Below, piece after piece: positions 50,179 to 62,212 of a DNA stretch of 64,000 bases. Under the pieces are notes generated by a model. It saw nothing but the letters and a program-made list of their open reading frames with translations, was not told the DNA's origin and ran no database searches. The position numbers were made by a program, and so were the translations under genes. Positions within the stretch are counted from its first letter, which is position 1. Each line of letters opens with the position of its first letter. This DNA comes from Lama glama (taxonomy: Eukaryota), in the NCBI GenBank assembly GCA_028534125.1, contig CM052816.1, forward strand, positions 75,456,001-75,520,000, given 5' to 3'.

Positions 50179-52779
50179 GTAACGGTCTTCTCTCTTAGCA
50201 GCTTACCCCGTGTGTCCTGGCAGGCGGTAATTTAAGTATCATATTGCATGCGACTGTGCTGTTGTTAACTTTTCATTCATGTCATTTATCTACCTCAGAG
50301 CCCTATGTAGCGAGGGAGGCAGCAGGTGAGGGAGCAAATAGAACATTTTCTTTATCTCCTATTCAGATTGTTTAACTTAATGATTCTCCCTATGGGCCGA
50401 ATTCAGTATTGGGCATTGTGACGAAATGATGGGCATAAGCTAGGTCTTCCAGTCAAGGAGCTCGCCAAATAAGGACACATATGAACAGCCGTTGAAAATA
50501 CAGACTGATGAGGGCCTAGGAGAGGTACATAAGAGAGGCTCAGGCAACCACGCCAGAAACCTGAGTGTTGTCTTTGACGTCTGCCTCCCTCTTTCTAGCT
50601 TCTACATCCAATACGTCATCATTTCTCCTCCTTAGTATTTCTCCCAGTTCTCCCCAGCTCTTCACTTCTGTAGACACGCCCTCTAATCATCATTTCCAAC
50701 CTGGACTACCACAGAGACCTCCCGGCCAGCCCCCTTGCCTCTGGTCTTGCCGTCTTCCGACCTAGTCTACACATTTTCTGTGGGAGGAATATTCTCCAAG
50801 GCAAATCTGATCACCAAACTCTCATGCCTTAAACATGTCATGGTTTCACACAGCCTTAAAGATAAGTTCCTGCCCCTCTGTCTCTCTGCCAAGCAAAACT
50901 TTGTGTAGTCTCCTGGATAAGTCATGCTCTCCCCAGCATCTTGCTATTAAATAACTCTTTTCTCTGTGTAAAATTCTCTTATTCCCTTATTTGCCTGACT
51001 GACTGCTACTTCTGCTCAGAACATAGGGAAGCAGAATCACAGAAACTCCCAAAATGTGAAGTGTATATTCTCAAGGAGAGACAGCCAAGGGATAAATAAA
51101 AATATAGCATTTCCTATAATAATAAATAGATAATTTTAAATATCAGAGCCTATAGGTGGTCTACATGTAGATGCCCATGTTGAATATAAATAAAATGAGA
51201 GTTTTGTGCAATACATTTGTATTATAGCCAAAAAAAAAAGAAAGAAAAGAGGGAAAAAGAGAACAGTACACAAAATAAGCAACGAACCAAGTAACAAACT
51301 GAAGAATGTAGATTTTATGCCAGTTTGTCATGCAATAGGATTCTGTAAATCAAGAGCTCAGAGATGAAAAGATTAAATATAAGAATTAATTGAAAAGGAA
51401 GATTTCAAACTAAGGTATGAAGACAAGCGTTAAAAAAAGATCACCATTATAGATAGAAATAAATTAGACACTGCAAGTTCAAAATATAATTGTCTGAAAT
51501 TAAATTAATAAAGTTGATTACACTCATAGGAAAGCTCTAAAGTAATTCACAATAAATACAGAGAAAAAATCAGATATTAACAGTTATTAAAGATTGTCTA
51601 ATGGAAACGGAATGACAAATATAATTTAATATATACAAATTAGTGTTCCTGAAACAGCCCAAGAAATTAAACAGAAAAACTATTTTAAAATATATATGTA
51701 TATAAATAAATAAATATACATACATGTATATATGTCCTTGAAATAAAGGAAGAAATTAGTCCTATTTGTATCAGAAATATTGTTCAGAAAACAACTTCAA
51801 GACAAATTCTAGTTAATTAACTAAGCATAGAGATTTTACAAATGAATTCAAGTATCTTGGCTGAAAAAACAAGTCCCCTACAGAACAACAAAATCAGACT
51901 GGCGTCACACTCCTCCATGACAAACTCAGGGCTACAAGATGACGGCAGAATGTCCACAGACTTCTAAAAGAGGAAAAAATATGTCCATATGTAAAGGTAA
52001 CAGGAAGTCATCTCAAAACAAGAAAATTCTGGAAATACTCTTTCTTGATTACGTACTGGAAAAAAAAGAAATACTCAGCTGTAAAACCAATTCAACACAG
52101 AGATGACAAAATGTCAAATAAGAACTCACACTTTTCAGCTTGTAGGAATAAGGTGAGGATGCTGTAAAATCCAAGACCATCGCAATAGTCTCCAAACCGG
52201 TTTATCAACTATCCATCCGACCCAGCTGACGCATGGCTAATATCACCGAGTTGTGTCAACTCCCCAGCGCATGTCTTTAGCTGCTGGCAGATAGCAGATT
52301 CTCAACTAATGTTTATTAATCACAATGATGATTTGCCAAAAATCAAAGACACATTTATGTTGTTTACTAAAAGCAAAACACACCGAAGAACATAGATTTG
52401 TCTGACGTGGAGCTAGTTTGATTAAATCATGAGACTCCAAACTTTTCGAATCTGTAATGATATCATTAAAATTTTTTGAGAATATATCCCTAATATATGT
52501 ATACTTACTAACCAATGTTAGAAATATATTATTCTTAAAATAAATTATAGACAAAAATATATACAAATGTAGAATATAGAAATGTTCAAAAGATTATATG
52601 AAATGAGCAAAATTTTTCATTTGCTCATATCATGATGATAATACTTTATGAAACTTAAATATTTTGCAAACACTTAAGACACAAAACAAAAAAATATTTT
52701 GATATGTTTTGGGGCATCTTTGGTGTCAAACTCATGTCATGATTGATGAGAAGCTTGTATAAGAAATAAAAATATCTGG

Positions 52780-52910
52780 AGGTTGGGGGATAGCTCAGTA
52801 GTAGAGCGCATGCTTAGAATATCTAAGGTCCTGGGTTCCATCCTCACTACCTCCATTAAAAAATGAAAATTAAAAAATAAATAAAAGTTTAAAAATAAAA
52901 GTATCTTTAA
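52780..52910 (+). mobile_element. tRNA-derived SINE (camelid Vic-1-like)
   Basis: tagctcagtagtagagcgcatgcttag...gtcctgggttccatcc plus A-rich tail. TSD aaataaaaatatctgg / aaatagaaatatctgg. Confidence 0.85.
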
Positions 52911-54205
52911 AAATAGAAATATCTGGTCTTCCTTACACTAGTTGTTTTGCTTATGTTTACACTATCGGTATCATCTTCAATCTGCCATTTTCTTTCTGGC
53001 ATCTTTTTTAAGCCATTTATTCACTTATAAGGGTTAGTTTTGTTCAAAGCAGCTAATACATAGTAAATAGACTTAACTCTAATTCTTTTTTTTTTCGCTT
53101 ATCATATGTAGCTCTTACCAATGTCAATCCATCTTATGAAACATATGGTATCAATCGAAATTTGGATTAACATGTCAGAGCCACTGTCAATAAGTATATG
53201 ATACACTGGCAAATACTAATTTCTCTCCTATTTTATATAAAAACCTCTAAACTGTTTTTTTATACCCCTCTGTATTATCTTAAGCATCTCACTTTGAAAA
53301 GGATCATGCTTTCTTCAGACAGAGTATTTTACCTACTGTTCTAATCCTTCTAGACTAAGTAGGATTTCTAAATAGTTGGGCCATGGCCAATCCTTACTGA
53401 CACTCCAGAACAAATTAATGCCATTACTATTACCCACATCATTAGCCTCCTTTCCATTTGATTTTATTTCTAACTACAATTTCTCATTACTCAGTTCCTA
53501 CCCATATTAAAGATACCATTAATTAATAGGAATTGTTTTGAAAATTTGTACAGAAGATCTGTGCTGTATATATTAAATGTCATTGCCTCTGAAGCAACAT
53601 TGTGCCAACTCCACTTGAAGTTTACTTTTTTTTTCCTTTGGTTATTTGTGCTTTTACTCCCATTTCTAAGCTTTAAAGTATTCTGTCAACTTTTTTTCTA
53701 TAATTGTAGTCAATTATGGTATGTGGTGACCCGACTGGGTACCAGAAGCCATGTGATTTATGTTATTGCAGGGACCCAAGACACATGCCTATGTAAATCA
53801 AAAGCAGGAGGTATGGCATCAAAGAGCAGGGGGCAGAGTCATCAGGACTTGGGCCACATCTGTATCAGAGCTCCTCACCCCCTCTCAGTAACCAGTGTTC
53901 CAGGCCAAATTACTTCTCACTTCAATGTCCATGTTTATAATAATACCTATTTCTCGGAATCGTTGTGAGAATTACAATAATGAGTGCAGAATGCCTGGCA
54001 TATACAAGTCACTTAATAAATGGTAGCTGTTAGCATTTCTATTATCATGGGGACAGGAGACGTGTTCTTTCGCTTTTCGCTTAGCTTACTTAATGGAGCT
54101 ACATGCCTCTACCATCTGCTTCTTTCTTCTGTGCAAACAGGCTGTGTTTGCGAGTTTGAATTTGCAATAAAATCAAATGAGTCATTTTCTTGAAACACCT
54201 TGCAG

Positions 54206-54372
54206 GTTCGTTTTTGCAAGGAGCAGAGAAATCCATATCCCTGGTTCGAGGCGGGAGGAGTGAGTATGCAGCAGCTTTGGCGTGGGAGAAAGGGAGCTCT
54301 GGTCCAGAGGAGAAGACATTTTCTGAGTGGTTAGAATCAGTGAAAGAAAATCCTGTTGTGATTGACTTTGAG
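54206..54372 (+). CDS. C6: C6 exon 10: MACPF domain
   Basis: tgcag|(G)SFLQGAEKSISLVRGGRSEYAAALAWEKGSSGPEEKTFSEWLESVKENPVVIDFE|GTAAGA. 167 nt. Confidence 0.97.
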
Positions 54373-55785
54373 GTAAGATTGAAAAGAATTGTGGGTAAGA
54401 GCTAAAGTCATTCTCCGGCAGCCCAAATTGTACATCACACACTTCCTTTTCCATTTTCCTCTCAGATGATAAAAGAGATGTCTTTCTTTGGTGTGCATGC
54501 ACAATGTACCTTTATAAAAAAAAAACATTAAATTACACATCTATTGTTTCTGCTGTTCAAACAAGCATTTTCTGTTATGGTATTTAGAATTCCTAGCACA
54601 CATAAAATACCAGAAGTGGGGTTTAGAGCATAAAACTGCCCCAGCTTGCCTGGAGTGGTGCTCCATCTTCCCGTGTATACAGTACATTTGATTTCTGTAT
54701 TTTTCTTGCAATTCTTTATTTGATGAGCACTCCTAAGTCTTCATTTATAGCTCTGTGGCACAAATGGGATTTTGGATCCATTGGCTTTCTGTTTCTATCA
54801 CCAATGATTACATTTACCAGTCTTATATTTGTTATAATTACGTTAAAGGGTGATTTTCATTATGTTTGAAATACTTCGTCCATGAATCAGTCATATGCTA
54901 TTTAGAACCAATCTTGCCTAACACATAAGCACACTTTAAAAAGCCCCTAAAGAAACTATTCTGTTCATTTTATTTAAATGAAGATAAAGGAATTCAATCA
55001 TCATGAAAGTAGAATAATCTACATGCAGCATGAAGATACTTTGCACTCTACAGGTTATGGCAGGAAAATGAGATTCAGCCGCCCACCTGGGCACTTGTGA
55101 TCATACACTGCACTAGAGAGTCTTTCTTCTGGGTTTTTAAAATGTGTATAAAGTGAGCCCTGATTTTGTGTTAGCTCCATTACTTGTTACTGTAATTCTT
55201 CCTTTCATCCTACCAGCAAGTTCATTTCTCCATTTTCCCCCACTTCACATTTTCTCATCTGGTTCCACCAAAAGCCAACAGTACTGTCCCTGGGAAAACA
55301 AGGAACATAGAAAGGCTCTCTTCACCCTTTCCATATTTTTCTGCTTGAGTCAAGCTTTATGAGGTTTCAGCAGGGCATTCCAGAGCTGCCTAACTCTTGG
55401 TCCCCTATCTCAGTACTTTGATGCTTGCATTTAGTGCTTAATAAATAAGATGATGTAAATCTGAGTAAGCGATATCTCACATGAGGCTTCTTTTATAGTA
55501 GAATTCCAGGGAAAGTAAGCTCCAGATACATTACACCTACCATACCTGCTAATTTTGCAGGCAGCTGGTCTACCCACTGCAGAAGGGGAAGAAACCCCCT
55601 GCCCTCACACAGAGGGCTTTTCTCCACTGGTTCAACAGAGAGATGCACTCCATTCTACAATAATCCTTTCGAAATGTGGGATTTTCCAGACCTTGCTTCT
55701 CACTTATGAGAATTGGGCAGTGATGACAACATATGTCTGAGGGATGTGACTCTGACTGGACCTCCTCCCTCCCATCTGCCCTTAG

Positions 55786-56011
55786 CTTGCTCCCATCACA
55801 GACTTGGTAAGAAACATCCCCTGTGCGGTGACAAGAAGGAACAACCTCAGGAGAGCTTTCCAAGAATATGCAGCCAAGTTCGATCCTTGCCAGTGTGCTC
55901 CGTGCCCGAATAATGGCCGCCCCGTGCTCTCAGGGACCGAATGTCTGTGTGTGTGCCAGAGTGGTACCTACGGCCAGAACTGTGAGAGACGTTCCCCGGA
56001 TTACAAATCTA
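55786..56011 (+). CDS. C6: C6 exon 11: MACPF end and EGF-like domain
   Basis: cttag|LAPITDLVRNIPCAVTRRNNLRRAFQEYAAKFDPCQCAPCPNNGRPVLSGTECLCVCQSGTYGQNCERRSPDYKS(N)|GTAAGT. 226 nt. Confidence 0.98.
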
Positions 56012-56911
56012 GTAAGTGCCAGCAACTCATTGTGAGGTAGGAAGCCTTCCCCTTTCAGAAGGTATTCTAGGTTGGTCAGTGAAAAAACAAAACAAAACTT
56101 CTATTAGCAACTTTCACCTTATACAAACTCACAAGGAAAATAGGCCTGTGGAACATTAGACTCTAAGGTCAAACAGCCCTGGTGTAAGTCTCAGTTATAA
56201 CCTACCGGCTTTGTGACCTTGGGAAAGTAACTTAACGTCTCTGTGCCTTGGTCTGTTCATCCCTAAAATGAGGATAATGCCACTATATATCCAAAGATAA
56301 TGTGTGTGTGTGTATCTATAAATATGTATATTTATATATGTATATGAAGAATATACAGTATGATGCCTGTAACAAAATAAATAAAATAATAAACCATACT
56401 ATAAAATGAAGTATGTGATGCTGTTGTTATAAACTTATATGTTATATGTAGAATGAAGATGGCTTGTAATAAAAGATAAATTAAGCCACAGCCAAAGTAT
56501 TCATACAGGACTAAGTAGTGTTCACGGCTACCTCTAATCTTCCTTAGAAAGAGGATGTGTCATGGGAGTAAGAGTTTATTCTATTACCTTTAAAAATGTA
56601 ATTTGGTATGTATTCTATTCAGAAGTTCATATGTATACATATATGTATGCACATGCGTGTGATATATTGCTGATTGTTGAAAATGACTCACAGTTGTTGC
56701 CATTTTACTCAGGCTGTGGGAAGAGGAAAGAGAAATCAAGTGACGTGTCAGGGCCTCTGCATGGATAATTTCTTTTTATCCCCCCATAACCCTACGATAG
56801 TCCACAAAGGGTCACACAGCTAAAAAGTAAGGGAACCAAGTTAGCCTGGCTTCAGAGCCCAAATTCTCTCAGTCTCACCGTGATTGGTGGGTGGGTCTTC
56901 CTGTGTTTCAG

Positions 56912-57083
56912 ATGCTGTGGATGGGAACTGGGGCTGCTGGTCTTCCTGGAGCCGGTGTGATGCTACTTACAAGAGACGGAGAACTCGAGAATGCAACAAC
57001 CCTGCGCCGCAGCAAGGAGGGAAATCCTGTGAGGGGGAGAGGCGGCAAGAGGAGCACTGCACATTTTCCATGATACAGCACAA
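56912..57083 (+). CDS. C6: C6 exon 12: TSP1 #3
   Basis: tttcag|(N)AVDGNWGCWSSWSRCDATYKRRRTRECNNPAPQQGGKSCEGERRQEEHCTFSMIQH(N)|GTGAGG. WxxWxxW motif; 172 nt. Confidence 0.98.
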
Positions 57084-57404
57084 GTGAGGATGTGTGAGGG
57101 GGCAGAGTCATCGTCACTCCTCCACTGAACTAGAGTTAGGACATTTATTTTCCTACTGCTAAATAAAGGAATAATTAGAATTTCACCTATTCTAACATAA
57201 CATATCAGTGAGGTATTGGATCTGCTGCTATCCTTATCTCTCTATTGTTTTCTCTCTTTCTTTATATGTATTTTAAATATAAATATATACATAGACACAA
57301 TGTGTTATATGTGCATGCATATATGCATATGCATACACATGTAATGTGTGTATATAGGTACACGTTTATTATATTATACACGCATATTTATTTTTCCCTT
57401 TTAG

Positions 57405-57516
57405 TGGACAACCATGCATCAGTGACGACAAGGAAGTGAAAGAAGTAGACCTTCCTGAGATAGAATCAGACTCAGGGTGTCCTCAACCGATCCCTCCGGA
57501 AAATGGATTTATCCGG
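57405..57516 (+). CDS. C6: C6 exon 13: linker and start of CCP/sushi 1
   Basis: tttag|T, then GQPCISDDKEVKEVDLPEIESDSGCPQPIPPENGFIR|GTAAGC. 112 nt. Confidence 0.97.
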
Positions 57517-57645
57517 GTAAGCATCCTGACCTTCACATTAGGTTTGGATTCAAAAAATAGAGCGTAGAAAACATCCATTTTCTTTTCTTTGGAGTTATTA
57601 TTTTCTTTGTTTAATATCTGTTGAATTAAAAAGTAAAAAAGTAAT

Positions 57646-57758
57646 GGTGGGAGGGTATAGCTCAGTGGTAGGGTGCGTTCTTAGCATGCACGAGGTCCTG
57701 GGATCAATCCCCAGTTCCTCCATCAAAATAAATAGATACCTAATTACCTCCCCTCCCC
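57646..57758 (+). mobile_element. tRNA-derived SINE (camelid Vic-1-like)
   Basis: gggtatagctcagtggtag...gaggtcctgggatcaatccccag. Perfect TSD taaaaaagtaat at 57634-57645 and 57759-57770. Confidence 0.9.
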
Positions 57759-58682
57759 TAAAAAAGTAATACTTAGAAAGCTCCACCACTTTCCCTGCTT
57801 GAGTTACCTGGAGGTGTCCTCACACCTGATAACTAAACCAAAGGATGACAGGTTTTTTGGGTTCCTTGGCACTACTAACTCATATGCTGGTGCTTCATTT
57901 ATATGAATAGAAAATGGAGCTTAAGCATAATACACAGTTGAATGACTTCTGTAAGAATCTGCAGCTACAATCTGTCTATTTCTGAGTCTGAGCAAACTAA
58001 CCCCCTACCTAAGGCGTGTCATCAGAGTAACAAACCAGCCTTGACTGCCATCCTAGGAAGTGTTAAGTCTGTAATGCCCTATTAGGTTAGAAAACTGTAG
58101 AACTCTTGAGCAGTCAAAACAACTTTAATACCTTTAAATTTTATCTTTTTTCATTAAGCCACAATACATTTTTATGATTAAAAATAACTAAATAGTTCTG
58201 TCAGGTAGATCTGTGGCTTTAGATATAAATTTTCAGGACATACATAATATTTACAATTGATTGCAGGAGGCTTGCTCCCTAAACATTTTTTTTTAATTTT
58301 TACCTCTTTTTGACTCAGTAAAGCCATTAAATGAATCTGTTTCCAACTGTATCATATTTATGATTAAAGATCAATAACCTTCGATTCTCCAAGGCCAGCA
58401 AACAAACATCCACGGAGCAGAGTCAGGGCTCATGTATTTCCCCTGTTCATTCATCTTCTGTTCAGATACAAGGTGCCAGACCTAAAGATGTGTAGGGGAG
58501 GAAATATTTTGGAGGCGAGTAATATCAATTAGTCTTTACTTCAGAACCAGAGTGTCTCAAACTCCAGATGCACTAGAGGCTGGTCTTGGGCAAGGTTCAG
58601 AAACTTCCATATCTAGCAAGTTCCCAGGTAATACTGATTCTGCTAGTTCAGAAGCCACACTTTGGGAACACATTCTTTGGAA

Positions 58683-58953
58683 CAGGGGTCAGCAAACTAT
58701 GGCCCACAGGCCAATCTGGCCTGCCTTCTTTTTTCTTTTCTTTTCTTTTCCTTTCCTTGCCTTTCCTTTCCTTTCCTTTCCTTTTCTTTTCTTTTTCTTT
58801 TCTTTTCTCAATGAAGTTTATTGGAACACAAACACATTCCTTCATTTACATAATGACCATGGCTGTTTCCAGCAGCAGTGGCACAGGTGATGGACACTGT
58901 GTGGACAGCAGTTGACTATCAGGGTCTTTTCTAGAAAAAGTTTGCCAGTCCCT
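58683..58953 (+). mobile_element. MER58A-like hAT MITE with internal (TTTTC/TTTCC)n expansion at ~58727-58806
   Basis: TIRs caggggtcagcaaact / agtttgccagtccctg and core aagttttattggaacac. Confidence 0.85.
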
Positions 58954-60971
58954 GCCCTAAACATTACCTTCAAAGTTGCATTTTGTCAGATCCAGATGCC
59001 TAAATAATTTTTAATCTATTTTGCCAGCTGCTTGCAGAAACTTAAAATTATCGACATTCTAATTTTAAAAACCCACAAAGGGTTTAAACAGTGATTCATT
59101 ATTCTAATGACTTTTTATAAAATTAGATTATATGTTTCCATTTCCATGAGTATGTTCACTCTTTGTTTTATTTTGCTATTTACTAAAGGCCTAATCTGCA
59201 GCTGACAATAGTTTTTATTCAAAAGTAATACAATTTTAACTTTTCCTAATGAGCACTTTCTGGAATCATTGCATGTGAAGATATTTGTTCAATGAGCAAG
59301 ACATAGGCCCTACCCTCAGAGGCAAGAGACATTGACTCTGGGTAAGGATCCTTGTTTAGTTTGTGCAGCAGGTGTGCTGACCCAAGCTTGATGGTCGACA
59401 TACACTTTTAGGTTATAGCTTCGTAAGAGAAACAGAAGCAGATGCTTACAATGATCATTTATTTCAGGATGAATGTGAGAAAAAATGTGCAAACTTTGAA
59501 TAAAACATCCAGGTCATTAATACTACTCATCATGCCATTTCCCCTGGAAACACAGCCATTACCCATAAGAACCAAGAGTGGAATACTCTTTTTGTGTTTA
59601 GGAAATTGATCATTTTCCAGGAGACAGGTTGAATCACGTGGCCAAGGAATAACAAGAGTTGATGATGAAGCTTTCACTTCCCTCAAAACTCCCAACTTCA
59701 ATTCTCAGAGAATAATTAGTCAATTCTTTTTACTTCAATTCCACTTAGTAAAGAAAAAGAATCTTACTATCTTTCTAAGAAGGAGAGTGTTTGGCATTTT
59801 TTCCAGCAAAGAATTATTAAGCCCCATGTAAAGATTTGCGATGAGCTCTGGAAATGGAAGTATCGCTCAAGTGTTGGGGTGGAGCTGATAAATGTGATAA
59901 ACACTGTAAAAATAGGGCTTTGTGCAAGGTTATCCCCCAAACTGAAAGGATGGTACACCCCATGAAGCTGGTGAAATGAAAGAGGTTTTTTGAGATGAGT
60001 CTTAAGAGAAGGGAATGAGAAGGTGTTGAGGGTAGAGGGAACAGCCAGGTAAAGACATGGAAACATGAATGAGAAAATTCTGTCAAAGAATAGCAGGTGG
60101 CTTAGTTTTGCTACAAATGAGGTCCTAGGGGAGAAAATGGCAAGGGGTGAGGATGGTGAAGTGGGTTAAAGCTAACATTCCAAGCTAAGAATATAAGACC
60201 CGTTTTATTTTAAAAATGTTAGTGAATCCCCTACGGCAGTAGTTATACCTTAATTACCCATTAATTAGAAAACTATATACTGACCAATAGATTATTAGGA
60301 ACACTTTCAAATGATTTGTACTCAATATGCTATCATAGCAACTGCATATGTTTGCTGCATATGCAGAGTACATTATTTATTCAGTTTATAGCCACACAGG
60401 ATGCATATATTGTTTTCTTATTCTTGCAGTAGTAGGCCATCCCACATATAGTGGGGAGCATGCTTTAAGTAATATATATATATATATTCTCATCAATTTA
60501 AAGCAACAATACAGAAGATAGATTAGAAGAAGAACCAGTCAGCTAGTTGTCCTGGTAAGCGATAATATGTGCTGTGAGCAAAGGCAGCGAGATGGCAAAG
60601 GAAAGGAAAGAACTTTGAGAGATATTTACAAGTAGAAATTGAGGGGGTAAAGAGAGCGGGAAGGGGTAAATTGGGAATTCAAAATTTGCACCTCTTGGGG
60701 AGTGATGGCCATGTTAACTATCTTGATTGTGGTGGTGGTTTCATTGGTGTATACATCAATCAAAATTCATCAACTTGTATATATGAAGTATGTGTACTTT
60801 ACTGTACAGGAATTATACCATTCTAAAGGTTTTTTTAAGTAGGAATTGAGGAGACTCTGACTGACTGAGTAGACATAGAAGCGAAGGAACAGAAAGAATC
60901 CAAGAGGACCCCGAGGCGTTTAGAGAGATTATTCGTAACATTAGTAATTTGCTGGTTTGTTTTAATTCTAG

Positions 60972-61104
60972 AATGAAAAGAAACTGTACTCAGCTGGGGA
61001 AGAAGTTGAAATTTCATGCCTTACTGGATTCAAAGCTGTTGGATACCAGTACTTCAGATGCTTACCAGACCGGACCTGGAGGCTAGGAGATGTGGAATGC
61101 CAAC
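60972..61104 (+). CDS. C6: C6 exon 14: CCP/sushi 1
   Basis: tctag|NEKKLYSAGEEVEISCLTGFKAVGYQYFRCLPDRTWRLGDVECQ(R)|GTGAGA. 133 nt. Confidence 0.97.
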
Positions 61105-62023
61105 GTGAGAACTGGGCCGACATCCGGCATGACTACACGGAAGAATGACTGTGCCCAAAATAAACAGAGCAAAGTCATACCCTTAGATTAGTGCATTCTA
61201 CTACTTTTTTTAGTAACTCTGGTGGTTTAGTGAAGCAGTTTAGTGAAGCAGAAAAGAGGATTCATCTGCTAAAATTAGATTTCAAAGTATCTTTATATTT
61301 TAGTTCTCCTGCCCCTGCATTTTAACCTTATGCACGCAGCAGAACCATGCAGCATGTGATTAGTAAGAAATCTGGGAGGTCTGAGAACTGCATCTAAGCA
61401 CAGACATCTGCCTTGCCTGATGTGCAAAGACATGCAAAATGATGAGTCCCAGAAAGACGATACTTACACTTTTTATGTATCCGAGACGGGATTTTATGTG
61501 AAATGTAGTTTTTCTCCTTGGAGCACGTCCACAGCCTTTGCTGGGGAAGAGAAGAGGAGTTTGTAGTCTCCATTCATATCTGGGCTTCAGAAAAGTCAAA
61601 ATATGATTCAAACAAGGCTCAGATGGGGTCTCCAAAGAGTCCTCATGGAATACCATGACGAAGAGTTGAGACCATTAGAATATCCTGCCTCCGTGTCACC
61701 CACAATGTGATAACTTACTTTTGGGAAAACTCACTGGGGAGAAGATTCTTTCTGGAAAGAAAAAGGTCCTAACAATGTAATGAAAGTTGGGAGTGTCTGG
61801 AGCCAGTTCCTTAGCAAGTTCCTCAGTTAATGGAACTAAAGGGAGTTTCTCAGTGGAAGCCTGGGGTTCTCAACCCCCAGTTTTTCTGATCAAAAGGTGA
61901 CATTAAAGCTGAAGCAATGCAGGAAATCGCATTAAAATCACTTCTTGGATTTCATAATTTCTGCCTGTATCCATTGAGTACTCTGCTCCACTCAGTGCAT
62001 CTGAAATGCTTCTCTCTCTACAG

Positions 62024-62212
62024 GGACAGCGTGCCTCAAGCCAGTGGTGCAGGAAGTCCTGACGCTGTCGCCATTTCAAAGATTATATAAAATGGGTGAA
62101 TCCATTGAGTTAACCTGTCCCAGAGGCTTTGTCGTTGCTGGGCCATCAAGGTACACGTGCAGTGGGGATTCCTGGACACCACCCATATCAAGTTCACTCA
62201 CGTGTGAAAAAG
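62024..62212 (+). CDS. C6: C6 exon 15: CCP/sushi 2
   Basis: tacag|(R)TACLKPVVQEVLTLSPFQRLYKMGESIELTCPRGFVVAGPSRYTCSGDSWTPPISSSLTCEK|GTGAGT. 189 nt. Confidence 0.97.

Larger units (their letters stand above)
28836..62212 (+). other. C6: Complement component C6 gene, partial (3' end beyond window; exons 5-7 not visible)
   Basis: Eleven spliceable exons translate to the C6 domain order (signal, TSP1, TSP1, LDLa, MACPF, EGF, TSP1, CCP, CCP) and closely match the human C6 protein as I recall it. Confidence 0.98.

Noticed and set aside
33685..62212. C6 as a pseudogene, or identity as C7/C8/C9
   Set aside because: Visible exons have no stops or frameshifts and all splice sites are GT-AG. Two N-terminal TSP1 domains plus CCP modules are specific to C6.
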